From an uncultured Lachnospiraceae bacterium (GTDB lineage Bacteria > Bacillota > Clostridia > Lachnospirales > Lachnospiraceae): DNA of 30,210 nt. The stretch covers positions 1 to 30,210 of the forward strand of contig CAZDAT010000001.1 of assembly GCA_964503695.1 (NCBI GenBank), read 5' to 3'. The notes under the pieces are model-generated. The model made no database searches. It was not told the origin of the DNA and saw only the letters and a program-made list of their open reading frames with translations. Shown one piece after another: positions 8,404-16,610 of the stretch. A program made the position numbers and the translations under genes. Positions within the stretch are counted from its first letter, which is position 1; each line of letters starts with the position of its first letter.

Positions 8404-9522
8404 TTATTCAGCAGTAATGGCAACATATGGGAAATTGTCATCCGGACAAAGTGCAATATATGTTTTTCCTGTATTGATTGTGATTTCATTGCCATCAAAA
8501 TCATAGTAACGTGTAATGTCTGTATCACTAAGCTTTGACCATGTAATCTGCATTGCCTTACCATTTGTGATGTAGTAACCCCATCTTCCTTCTCCGATAC
8601 AGTTAAAAATCATATAACCGTTTTCATCATACTGATGGAAGGTTACATCCTGGATGATGACATTTTTAAAGGATGTTACCTTGTTATTATCCCCTGCATC
8701 CACATGTGCACTGCCATACTCATAATAGTCATATGTCTGTGTTTCTTCATTATATACCAGGTAAGAGCCGTTATGTTCAAAAGGTAATACAACCTTTGTA
8801 CAATCCTGTGTATTTGCCATATCCGTTAAATCTACAGGATTTGCTTCTGTTGCAAAATTGAAGTGCGGCTCTTCATTTGCGTATTCATTATATTCTGTAG
8901 AAACCTTGGAATTCGCAAAACGGCTTTCCAAATCTCCTGCCACAATATATTCTGTAAATTCCCTTGCTTTTCCATTATCTACACGGGAAAATCCGCCGCT
9001 GAAATGATCCATATATCCTTTTTCAAAATATGCATCAATATAGAACGGACCTCCGTCATGACAAAGAACTGCATTCCATTCTGCTGCAAGTAAAATATTA
9101 GTAGGTCTTACGGAACGGATACTTCCTAACTGTTCAATATTTCCCCAATCCTTTACAAGCACCATCAGACGTGTAATTCTTCCATTTAAGGTACTGTTCA
9201 TCATTTCATACACAACATCTGCCTGGTTAATTCCGTAATGCGGAAGTGCTGTTTTCTCGTTATCTACCATGGCTGCAATGGGTCTCTGGTTTTTGATTTC
9301 CTCAGAAATAATTTCGTTGGTAAGCTCGCTTCTGTACATTCCCTCCGGAACTTCGATTTCCTGTACCTCTTCTACAACTTCCTCTTCTTCCGGTTCTGCT
9401 GTTTCTTCCTTAGTTTCCACAACAGGTGTCTGTTCTGTTACTTCTGCTTCAGAATCCCCACAGGCTGCAAGCATTCCTGCAAGCACCAAAGAAAGCACCA
9501 GCATACTTATCTTCTTTCTCAT
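8404..9522 (-). CDS. DUF3048 (YerB-like) lipoprotein
   Basis: RPIAAMVDNEKTALPHYGINQADVVYE, GSIRSVR, CHDGG. Start revised to ATG 9522 (GGGAG RBS), which gives signal peptide MRKKISMLVLSLVLAGMLAAC with a lipobox. Confidence 0.88.
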   Translation of the reverse strand: MRKKISMLVLSLVLAGMLAACGDSEAEVTEQTPVVETKEETAEPEEEEVVEEVQEIEVPEGMYRSELTNEIISEEIKNQRPIAAMVDNEKTALPHYGINQADVVYEMMNSTLNGRITRLMVLVKDWGNIEQLGSIRSVRPTNILLAAEWNAVLCHDGGPFYIDAYFEKGYMDHFSGGFSRVDNGKAREFTEYIVAGDLESRFANSKVSTEYNEYANEEPHFNFATEANPVDLTDMANTQDCTKVVLPFEHNGSYLVYNEETQTYDYYEYGSAHVDAGDNNKVTSFKNVIIQDVTFHQYDENGYMIFNCIGEGRWGYYITNGKAMQITWSKLSDTDITRYYDFDGNEITINTGKTYIALCPDDNFPYVAITAE

Positions 9523-9581
9523 CTGTCTTCTCCCTTTTCTCATTATAATTTTCAACTCATTTCCTAAATCTCTGATACCAC

Positions 9582-9626
9582 AAAAATAGGAAAGGCTGCC
9601 GCACCAATTCCCCAAGTGCGACAGCC
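9582..9626 (-). terminator. Terminator after the large hydrolase gene
   Basis: 11-bp stem GGCTGCCGCAC (9594-9604) / GTGCGACAGCC (9616-9626), followed by TTTCCTATTTT on the minus strand. Confidence 0.65.
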
Positions 9627-9653
9627 CAATTATACATGAACCTAATCCTTTTT

Positions 9654-12600
9654 TCAATATAAATCTGGTCCCTTTTCCCGATAATCGTCTACATCATCGT
9701 CAAGATATTCTTCTTCCGGTTCTGTCTGACTCTGTGTATCTGTTAAAGGAAGGTCCTTTTCCCGATAATCATCCACGTCATCATCCAGATACTCTTCCGG
9801 TTCTTTTTCCTGTTCCGGCGGCAGGATATTCGCTTTCGTCTGTTGTTTTTTTGTGACTTTTTCCACAGGCTCTTTCTTCTCTTCGTTCAGCCATTCTTCG
9901 AAATCTTTTCCGTCAGAGATTTCTTTTTTTCCGCTCCAGATAACATAGCCTGCTGCTGCCATGGCACCTGCCAGTATCATGATAATCACACAGACTATAA
10001 GCAGATGACTGGCACTTTCTTTCTCTTCCGGCTCTAAGGTTTCCTCAAAGCTATTCTCATCAGAAAGGTTCTCCGTTATTGCCTCTGCTGTCTCTTCTTC
10101 CATAGATTCATCCGCAAATACAATGGCATAATCAGATGCGTGTACAAAATCAAGGGCTACATTTCCTTCTTCATCTACCAAGGCTGCCATCTGAAACTCC
10201 AGTGCTTTTGTCATTTCATTATAGTAGAACAGATTCGCCGTCTTTCCTATGTATTTTTCTTCTACAGGTACCACCAGGGTTGCCGCAAAACCAAATTCGC
10301 CATCATGGGAAAGACTTAATTCCACATATTCATTTTCTCCTACAACTGCATTAATCGCTTCTGCTTCCACCACATCCTGTACTATCTGGGCATTCATATT
10401 TACCTGGGAAGGCATGATATCAGAAAGGCTATCGGTCTGAATGACCCACTTTAAACTGTTTGGAAGCTCCACTTCAAGGTTTACACCCTGTTTTTTTGCC
10501 ATTTCCACAATAGTCTGTGATATTTCCGTATTTTTACTTAACTGAATGGATACGGTCTGTTCAGTTCCTTCCTGCGTTGTTTCCGTCTTGGCATTCTCAA
10601 TCAGACTGGACATTAACTCAGTTTCTGTCTTATTGGCAGGGCTTGAAGCACCTGTGGTAACAGTATTGTTATCCTTCTTTGTCCCGGTTTCTGCATTTTC
10701 TGCGAGTTTCTCATTTTCAGTTTCTTTTTCTTTGGTATCTGCCTTATTTTCTGCAACGTTATCATTGCCTGTTGTATTTCCTTCTGTGGTCACAGCATTA
10801 ACAGCATTGTTGTTCCCGCTTTCAGAACTTTCCTTATTACTATTTGTTATTGTACTTCCGGCATTATTCTCAGAAGAAGGTTTTTTGTTTTCACCGGAGG
10901 TATTTCCGGTATTACTGTCAGTTCCGCTGGCGGATGTATTATTATTTCCGGTATCATTGCTGTTTTCTGTTTTGTTTCCACCAGTTGTGGTTCCGGTATT
11001 ACCGCTAGTTTCGTTATTACCGACATTACTGTTACTTCCAGTATTGCTATTAGTTCCAGTATTACTGTTATTGTTATTACCGCTTCCACTGGTATTACTA
11101 TTTCCGGTATTATTGCTGTTTTCTGTTTTGTTTCCGCCAGTTGTGGTTCCGGTATTACCGTTAGCTGCATTATTGCCAGCATTGCTGTTACTTCCAGTAT
11201 TACTGGTGTTTCCGCTTCCACTGGCATTCGTATTTCCGCTTCCGCTGTTTCCGGCATTGTTGACATTACCGTTTCCTGTCGAATTATTTCCGGCATTGCT
11301 GTTGCTTCCGTTGTTACTGCCAGTACTGTTCCCGGCATTACTGTTGCTTCCATTGTTACTGCCAGTACTGTTCTCGGCATTGCTGTTACTTCCACTGTTA
11401 GCTGTATTTCCGTTTCCCTGGTTGGAATTTACATTATCATTTTTCGGGACTTCCGTTGTCTCTGTATAACCGCATACCTGACAGCGACCATTTACCATGG
11501 TATGACCGGAAGCTTTTATAACCTCCGTATAACTGTCTTTACAGGAGCACTCAAACAGCTTCTGACCATCCACTGTACAGGAAGCCTTCTGTACTATACT
11601 TTCTGTATATTTATGTACATGTACAGGCTGTAATTTAGGAATCGCTTCTGTATAGGTATCTCCACAGTTTTTACAGGTGTAAGTACGGATTCCTTCTTTT
11701 TCCTCGGTTGCCTCTTTTGTTACCTCAGATTCATAAGAATGACCTGTTTTTTCCAAAATAAGTTTTTCTTCTTTTCCACAAATAGAACAGCTTCTTACCT
11801 TACTGCCATCCGTTTCACAGGAAGCCTCTGTAACCTTCCATTCCCCGAAATTATGTGCCGCACAGATTACTTTTACAGGAATTTTAATATCTGTTACTGT
11901 TTCATAATTGGTACTGTCCGGATTATAACTTGCCTTATACTCATAAGTTCCCAAAGTATTCGGCAATTTTTCCTGTGGATTATCCCAATAAAATCCCTCC
12001 GGCAGATTTACGGTGGAAAGTTCGTTTCCTGCTCCGCCTTCCAAGTCTTTCGGTATTGTATATTCATTTGCAGTTAAAGTTTTCTTTTTCACTATCAGAG
12101 ACAGATTAAAAGTAATGGAATTATATTTTTCCTCATTGGGACTATAAATTACCGCATACTCTGTCTGTGCCGCTGTCGGTACCATATCGGGATTTACCCA
12201 TGTATAGCCTGCGGGCAGTGCAATATCCTTTAACGTCATGGCAGAATCATATGTAATCTCTTCAAGCACAGGCTTTTCCAGCTTTGCTTCATCTATATCT
12301 GCCTTTATCACAGTAATCTTACAGCTTCCCACATTTGGATTGTCCGGGTCATCCGCGTCTTTACACGTAATCGTGGTTTCTCCGGCTTTCAGTGCCTTTA
12401 CCAGACCATTGTTATCTACCGTCGCTACCTCCGGATTGGAAGAGGTAAATATCCAGTTAATTCCCTCTGCGGTTTTTCCGTTAACCAGTGGAGTCAATGT
12501 AACCTCACTATCGGTCTGCAAATTAGGTATGCTGGTTGTTGTTAAGGTAATTTTATCTTCTTTTCCCGGTTCTGCCGCCTTTTTTGCAGGCATATTTGCA

Positions 12601-14009
12601 TATACCGGAATGCGGAAAATAAATGCCTGACTTAACAAGCCTTTCTTATTATACGCATTATATACACTTATGGCTTCCGTATAGGGTGCCTTAATATTCT
12701 GCATATACTGATGGGTATAATAAGAGGGACCGATTAAATCAAATTTCTGCAAATACAAGGTATCCTGTCCTACCTTAATATAATCTTTTCCTAAGAACTG
12801 TGCTCCTCCCAGCAAAGCATTATACCGGGTATTCCATCCTTTTTCTTTTGCATATTTTAATCCGCTTTCTATCACTTCCGTATTCGTTTTTCCGCTTGCC
12901 TGTATATTATAATAATTATAATATCCTTCATAGCCTGCATAAACGCCGGAAATCAGTGCACTGTCTCCTTTTACTCCCTGTTCCTGCCGTACTCTGGCCG
13001 CCTGCAGGATGGGGCTTACATTTGTACTTTTTGCCAGCTCTATAAATGTCTGGGCGTAGGTCTTTCCGTTTTCAACCGTCTGTCCCGCCATAAAAGTGCC
13101 CGAAACAATACTTTCTACCATTTCCAAAGTCTGGTAAGTGCTGTCATACCCTAACATTTCAAACTGGAAGATATTTTGTTCTGACAGCCAGTTTCTGGGG
13201 TCCATATAATATTTAATTGCCGCTTCTGACGCATAAGCCCATCCGGTGGAATATATTCCGTTTTTCCAGCATTCTGAAAGATTGGAATGAATTAAACTTT
13301 TATTTCCTTTCTGTGCTTTGACAGACTTACTCCAGTCAAGATTCGTGTTCATGGGTACAAAAATCCAGTTTGGATGTTTATTCTTTAATTCTTTTAAAGC
13401 ACTTTGATAAGAAGATGGAAATTTCTCAATATCGTTATACTTTCCATCCCTCTCATCCAGTCCGATTACACTAATGCTTCGGATATAGGTTGCCTGCCAA
13501 TCCATAAATTCCGAATCAACACAGGCAATATTTTCGCTGTTTATATATCCGGTCACTTCCTCGGTCTCATCGGTAAACTTTACCAGATACCAGATGCCAT
13601 ATTCTGAATCCTGTCCGGCACCAATAATCTGTACCGTATCCGCGGATTTTAATTCCTTGACAGGCTCACTTTTTTCTTCCGGTTCTGTCCGTAACATCAC
13701 CGTATCTGCCAGATAAACAACCGCAGGAAGCTCCCGTTCTTTTGCCAGTTGTTCCAGTGCGGTTACTGCTTCTTCAAAAGGATACAAATAAGTGTTTGCG
13801 GTAATTTCCTCTTCTGCATTTTCAGACTTTTCTTCTGCACCTGCATCATCCCCGGCTAACGTCTCTTCCTTTATTTCCTTATCCTTCTGTCTGCTTACGG
13901 AAGACGTTTTTTCTGCCGCATAGGTCGAAAAAGCCCCTAAATTTCCCTCTGCCACCATCACAGCGGTTAATAAAAAACACAGGAAGCCTTTTAAAATCTT
14001 CTTTTTCAT
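9654..14009 (-). CDS. 1451-aa multidomain cell-surface endo-beta-N-acetylglucosaminidase (GH73/LytD/Atl-like), C-terminally membrane-anchored
   Basis: Signal peptide; SH3b-like (VMLRTEP...WYLV...GYI); glucosaminidase domain ~12590-13421 (YYMDPRN, FQFE, RVRQEQG, YYNYYNI, GQDTLYLQKF, HQYMQNI); Ig-like Big_2 (SSNPEVATVDNNG); Cys/His repeats; N/G/S/T stalk; TM helix ~9937-10005; acidic tail. Confidence 0.85.
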   Translation of the reverse strand: MKKKILKGFLCFLLTAVMVAEGNLGAFSTYAAEKTSSVSRQKDKEIKEETLAGDDAGAEEKSENAEEEITANTYLYPFEEAVTALEQLAKERELPAVVYLADTVMLRTEPEEKSEPVKELKSADTVQIIGAGQDSEYGIWYLVKFTDETEEVTGYINSENIACVDSEFMDWQATYIRSISVIGLDERDGKYNDIEKFPSSYQSALKELKNKHPNWIFVPMNTNLDWSKSVKAQKGNKSLIHSNLSECWKNGIYSTGWAYASEAAIKYYMDPRNWLSEQNIFQFEMLGYDSTYQTLEMVESIVSGTFMAGQTVENGKTYAQTFIELAKSTNVSPILQAARVRQEQGVKGDSALISGVYAGYEGYYNYYNIQASGKTNTEVIESGLKYAKEKGWNTRYNALLGGAQFLGKDYIKVGQDTLYLQKFDLIGPSYYTHQYMQNIKAPYTEAISVYNAYNKKGLLSQAFIFRIPVYANMPAKKAAEPGKEDKITLTTTSIPNLQTDSEVTLTPLVNGKTAEGINWIFTSSNPEVATVDNNGLVKALKAGETTITCKDADDPDNPNVGSCKITVIKADIDEAKLEKPVLEEITYDSAMTLKDIALPAGYTWVNPDMVPTAAQTEYAVIYSPNEEKYNSITFNLSLIVKKKTLTANEYTIPKDLEGGAGNELSTVNLPEGFYWDNPQEKLPNTLGTYEYKASYNPDSTNYETVTDIKIPVKVICAAHNFGEWKVTEASCETDGSKVRSCSICGKEEKLILEKTGHSYESEVTKEATEEKEGIRTYTCKNCGDTYTEAIPKLQPVHVHKYTESIVQKASCTVDGQKLFECSCKDSYTEVIKASGHTMVNGRCQVCGYTETTEVPKNDNVNSNQGNGNTANSGSNSNAENSTGSNNGSNSNAGNSTGSNNGSNSNAGNNSTGNGNVNNAGNSGSGNTNASGSGNTSNTGSNSNAGNNAANGNTGTTTGGNKTENSNNTGNSNTSGSGNNNNSNTGTNSNTGSNSNVGNNETSGNTGTTTGGNKTENSNDTGNNNTSASGTDSNTGNTSGENKKPSSENNAGSTITNSNKESSESGNNNAVNAVTTEGNTTGNDNVAENKADTKEKETENEKLAENAETGTKKDNNTVTTGASSPANKTETELMSSLIENAKTETTQEGTEQTVSIQLSKNTEISQTIVEMAKKQGVNLEVELPNSLKWVIQTDSLSDIMPSQVNMNAQIVQDVVEAEAINAVVGENEYVELSLSHDGEFGFAATLVVPVEEKYIGKTANLFYYNEMTKALEFQMAALVDEEGNVALDFVHASDYAIVFADESMEEETAEAITENLSDENSFEETLEPEEKESASHLLIVCVIIMILAGAMAAAGYVIWSGKKEISDGKDFEEWLNEEKKEPVEKVTKKQQTKANILPPEQEKEPEEYLDDDVDDYREKDLPLTDTQSQTEPEEEYLDDDVDDYREKGPDLY
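9667..9803 (-). repeat. Duplicated motif in the cytoplasmic tail, EPEE(E)YLDDDVDDYREK x2
   Basis: Two copies at ~9667-9723 and ~9752-9803, near-identical protein with several synonymous differences. Confidence 0.9.
10940..11201 (-). repeat. Intragenic duplication, ~105 nt, 156-nt offset
   Basis: GNTGTTTGGNKTENSN occurs twice; TTTCCGGTA at 10945 and 11101; GTTACTTCCAGTATT at 11031 and 11187. Confidence 0.9.
11290..11400 (-). repeat. 42-nt (14-aa) tandem repeat, ~2.6 copies
   Basis: Units start at 11290, 11332 and 11374 and encode SNSNA(G/E)NSTGSNNG. Confidence 0.9.
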
Positions 14010-14053
14010 TTGTATCTTTCCTCTTCTTTCTATGTTAAAGTAGGTAATTGCAA

Positions 14054-14082
14054 ATCTTATTTTGTAATTATGAGTCTCGCAA
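14054..14082 (-). promoter_or_regulatory. Possible SigA promoter of the large hydrolase
   Basis: TTGCGA (14082-14077), N17, TAAGAT (14059-14054). Confidence 0.45.
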
Positions 14083-14102
14083 TTATTCAGTTCTTCTATA
14101 TG

Positions 14103-14315
14103 TTATACATTTTTACATAATCTACGAAAAATAGTATAATACGAATTTATCCCTACTTCAACATAATTTTCGCATAAATTTACTACCAATTCAATGGCAG
14201 ATTTTGGGGAAAGATGATTTATTGCTTCACGGTAGTTTGACAGTTGAATCTGAAACACACGCATGATTTCTTCCTCTGCATTTTTCAGATTTAAGTTGAT
14301 TGCCTGCATTTTCAA
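14103..14315 (-). other. Short ORF of unknown nature, possibly a gene fragment
   Basis: 70 codons, TTG or ATG (14309) start, no convincing RBS, no recognisable motif. Confidence 0.3.
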
Positions 14316-14349
14316 TCAATGCCCCAACTCTTCCCCTTACTCCTGCATC

Positions 14350-14453
14350 CGGATAAGCCATAAGCATACCTGCTGTTCCAACCAGTCCAAGCATCATGAC
14401 CATAATTCCTGTTCCAAGTACCTGTAAGTAAATGTCTGCTGATTTATTTCCAT
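14350..14453 (-). pseudogene. Deleted/frameshifted small membrane protein gene
   Basis: GAAGGTG then ATG 14453 gives MEINQQTFTYRY, and this frame stops after 19 aa (TGA 14394-14396). A TM-like stretch QVLGTGIMVMMLGLVGTAGMLMAYP continues in another frame from the same point. Confidence 0.5.
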
Positions 14454-14467
14454 ACTGCCTGCACCTT

Positions 14468-14683
14468 CTATTTTTCCTGTGAAAGTCTTTTTTTCGCTTC
14501 TTCCACGCTTTCCCCTTCTTTTGCAAAAAGTTTTTCTACACATTTATCCGTTACTTTTGAAAAACCATCCACAGCTCCCTTTTCAATTTTCTTATATCCG
14601 TCTACAACGCCATCCTCGATTTTTTTGTATCCGTTTACAACTGCCTCCGCAATTTTTTCATTTACATCTGCTAATTTTGCCAT
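14468..14683 (-). CDS. 71-aa hypothetical protein with 11-aa amphipathic repeats
   Basis: AAAGGAG RBS; VVNGYKKIEDG/VVDGYKKIEKG/AVDGFSKVTDK. Resembles a small Clostridia protein family (from memory). Confidence 0.8.
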   Translation of the reverse strand: MAKLADVNEKIAEAVVNGYKKIEDGVVDGYKKIEKGAVDGFSKVTDKCVEKLFAKEGESVEEAKKRLSQEK

Positions 14684-14842
14684 TTCTGATATCTCCTTTT
14701 TGATTTTTGTTTATACACTCACTATACAAACCTGTTGTTTCCGTTTTTTTCAAATTATGTTTCTGTTTTGTTAAAGTTACTTTTTCACCCGATAATCATT
14801 AAATAATGTTATATGCCAGTTTTTTTCGTTGAAAAAAGACGT

Positions 14843-14914
14843 TCCATATCATCAGGCATTATAAAAACAAATCAGAAACGATGGGAAATTGAAGAATGCT
14901 TCAAAAACCAAAAA
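14843..14914 (+). mobile_element. Transposase remnant, IS1634/IS4-like
   Basis: IIKTNQKRWEIEECFKNQK matches the (Y/N)xxRWxIEExFRxxK catalytic-Glu helix of IS4/IS1634 DDE transposases. Only ~24 codons are recognisable; no ends found. Confidence 0.55.
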
Positions 14915-15006
14915 CAGAATATCATCCACTGTCTTCACCAATATATGTGCCAGTATACTCTTTTGTCCCAGCAGACGTTTTGCACTAATATCATATTAAC
15001 ATAATG

Positions 15007-15043
15007 AAAAAGGCATTGGCTTCTCATAACCAATACCCCTTTT
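15007..15043 (-). terminator. Terminator of the GH20-ABC-DUF4127 operon
   Basis: Minus strand GGTATTGG-loop-CCAATGCC followed by TTTTT. Confidence 0.6.
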
Positions 15044-15106
15044 CATTCACATTCTCATCTATTCATTTTTACCTGCAATCATCTTTAATTATTTTTCTCA
15101 AAATAT

Positions 15107-16606
15107 CTACAATTCCTTCACTCCAACTTCCAGATTTATCTCAAACATCCTGCTCCATGGCATGGTAACTTTTTTTATCCAAATCCTGTCTGCAATGGAA
15201 GAAAGATTTTCTTTTATAAATTGATTCAACTCTCCGGCTACCATCTGTGCCACACTTCCCGATGGTTCTTTTACATCAAAATAATTCATGGAAGCCGGAA
15301 GTTTTTCTGACACGTCTTTACGTACAACGGCACAATAACCTACATCTTCCACATATCTTTCTGCCAGAAACTTCAAATTTTTCTCTTTCCTGCCAAAAAG
15401 ATAACTGTTTATCCCTTCCGCAATTGCCGTGCCAAGGGTATTTGCAGATGTATTCCATCCTGCGTAACCATCCACCGCAAATAATAAATGATTATTATTT
15501 AAGATTTTAATAATCCCTAAATCACCGCCATTTGCATAAGCATTATCAGCAATTGTTACAATCATCTTCTGCTTTATACAGTATTTCAAAAGACTTGTCA
15601 TATCTGCAAGATTTCTCTCCACACAATATTCCAGCTTTTCCGAAGGCTGCGTCATTGCCTCTTCCATGGCATCCGCAGGTGCGGTCAAAAATAACACAAT
15701 ATCTGCATTTTCATAGCTTTCAGTCAGTAAGCCGCCGGCGGATAAAATATGATATTTCACTGTCGTGGAAAGAGTACATCCTTCATACAATGGAATCATG
15801 TTTTTTGACATTTCCGATACATATTTTACATAAAACTTCGGTCTTTTACCTGCCAGATAATTTAGCATTCTTGATAACAGGGTAAGTTCTACTTCATCTG
15901 CCCCCGGATACATTAACACCTTATCTTCCATATTATATTCGTTTATTTTTTCACGAATCACTTTCTGGTCCAATGCCGCATAACCATATTTTGACGAATC
16001 ATCCTGGGGAATCACCAGAGCATCTATCAGACCTTCCTTTGCAAGCTGAATGGTTTCCACATTCATATAACGGTTGATTTCTCTTCTTGAAATATAATCA
16101 TCCAGATATTCCGGTTTTACTTTTTCCATTGCTTTTTTCACAGGAACATCCCCTTCAATTCCAAGCCTGCTCAAATGAACCGCAACTCCTAATTCATGAA
16201 TTTCTTTTCCACAGATTCCATAATAATCCGGTTCTTCATCATCACTGGAATATTCCGGACATCTCATAATTACATGAAACGCATAGATAACAAGATGCTT
16301 ATTTTTTTCCCTGATTTCCCTCAATAACTGAATCTTTTGTAATAAGGTCTCTTTCGACAGATGATGAAGCCTTGAGGGAACAAGCCCCCCATATAAAAGC
16401 ATATCCATGGAAATTACCAGACCATCTGCATCCACACAGGCATCCCGCAGAAAATCCGCAATTTCATCATAAGAAGCCGGTGTTTTTTTGTTACCCAGTT
16501 TTTCCGGTCTTACAATATTTAAATCATCATGGCAAAATAATTTTTTAGGAAATTCATAATTACAGGGTCTCTCATCCAATGGTAATAATACAATTTTTTT
16601 CTTCAA
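15107..16606 (-). CDS. DUF4127 family protein
   Basis: KIVLLPLDERPCN, SMDMLLYGGLVPSR, DDSSKYG, YPGADE, GWNTSANTLG. Start revised to TTG 16606 (AGAGGA RBS, 4 nt after the upstream stop). Confidence 0.85.
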   Translation of the reverse strand: MKKKIVLLPLDERPCNYEFPKKLFCHDDLNIVRPEKLGNKKTPASYDEIADFLRDACVDADGLVISMDMLLYGGLVPSRLHHLSKETLLQKIQLLREIREKNKHLVIYAFHVIMRCPEYSSDDEEPDYYGICGKEIHELGVAVHLSRLGIEGDVPVKKAMEKVKPEYLDDYISRREINRYMNVETIQLAKEGLIDALVIPQDDSSKYGYAALDQKVIREKINEYNMEDKVLMYPGADEVELTLLSRMLNYLAGKRPKFYVKYVSEMSKNMIPLYEGCTLSTTVKYHILSAGGLLTESYENADIVLFLTAPADAMEEAMTQPSEKLEYCVERNLADMTSLLKYCIKQKMIVTIADNAYANGGDLGIIKILNNNHLLFAVDGYAGWNTSANTLGTAIAEGINSYLFGRKEKNLKFLAERYVEDVGYCAVVRKDVSEKLPASMNYFDVKEPSGSVAQMVAGELNQFIKENLSSIADRIWIKKVTMPWSRMFEINLEVGVKEL

Positions 16607-16610
16607 TGCT

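Noticed and set aside
10847-11395. 182-aa alternative-frame ORF inside the hydrolase gene
   Set aside because: By-product of low-complexity codons; no RBS and no frameshift evidence in the main ORF.
10940-11400. Repeats considered as a CRISPR array
   Set aside because: In-frame coding repeats with no unique spacers and no cas genes.
10546-11469. 307-aa Leu/Val/Pro-rich + strand ORF that looks like a membrane protein
   Set aside because: It is the reverse complement of the Asn/Gly/Ser/Thr repeat stalk, which leaves this frame free of stops.
14227-14526. 99-aa ORF taken as an intact gene
   Set aside because: Its N-terminus overlaps the upstream gene out of frame with no RBS; only the central hydrophobic part looks real and is treated as a pseudogene.
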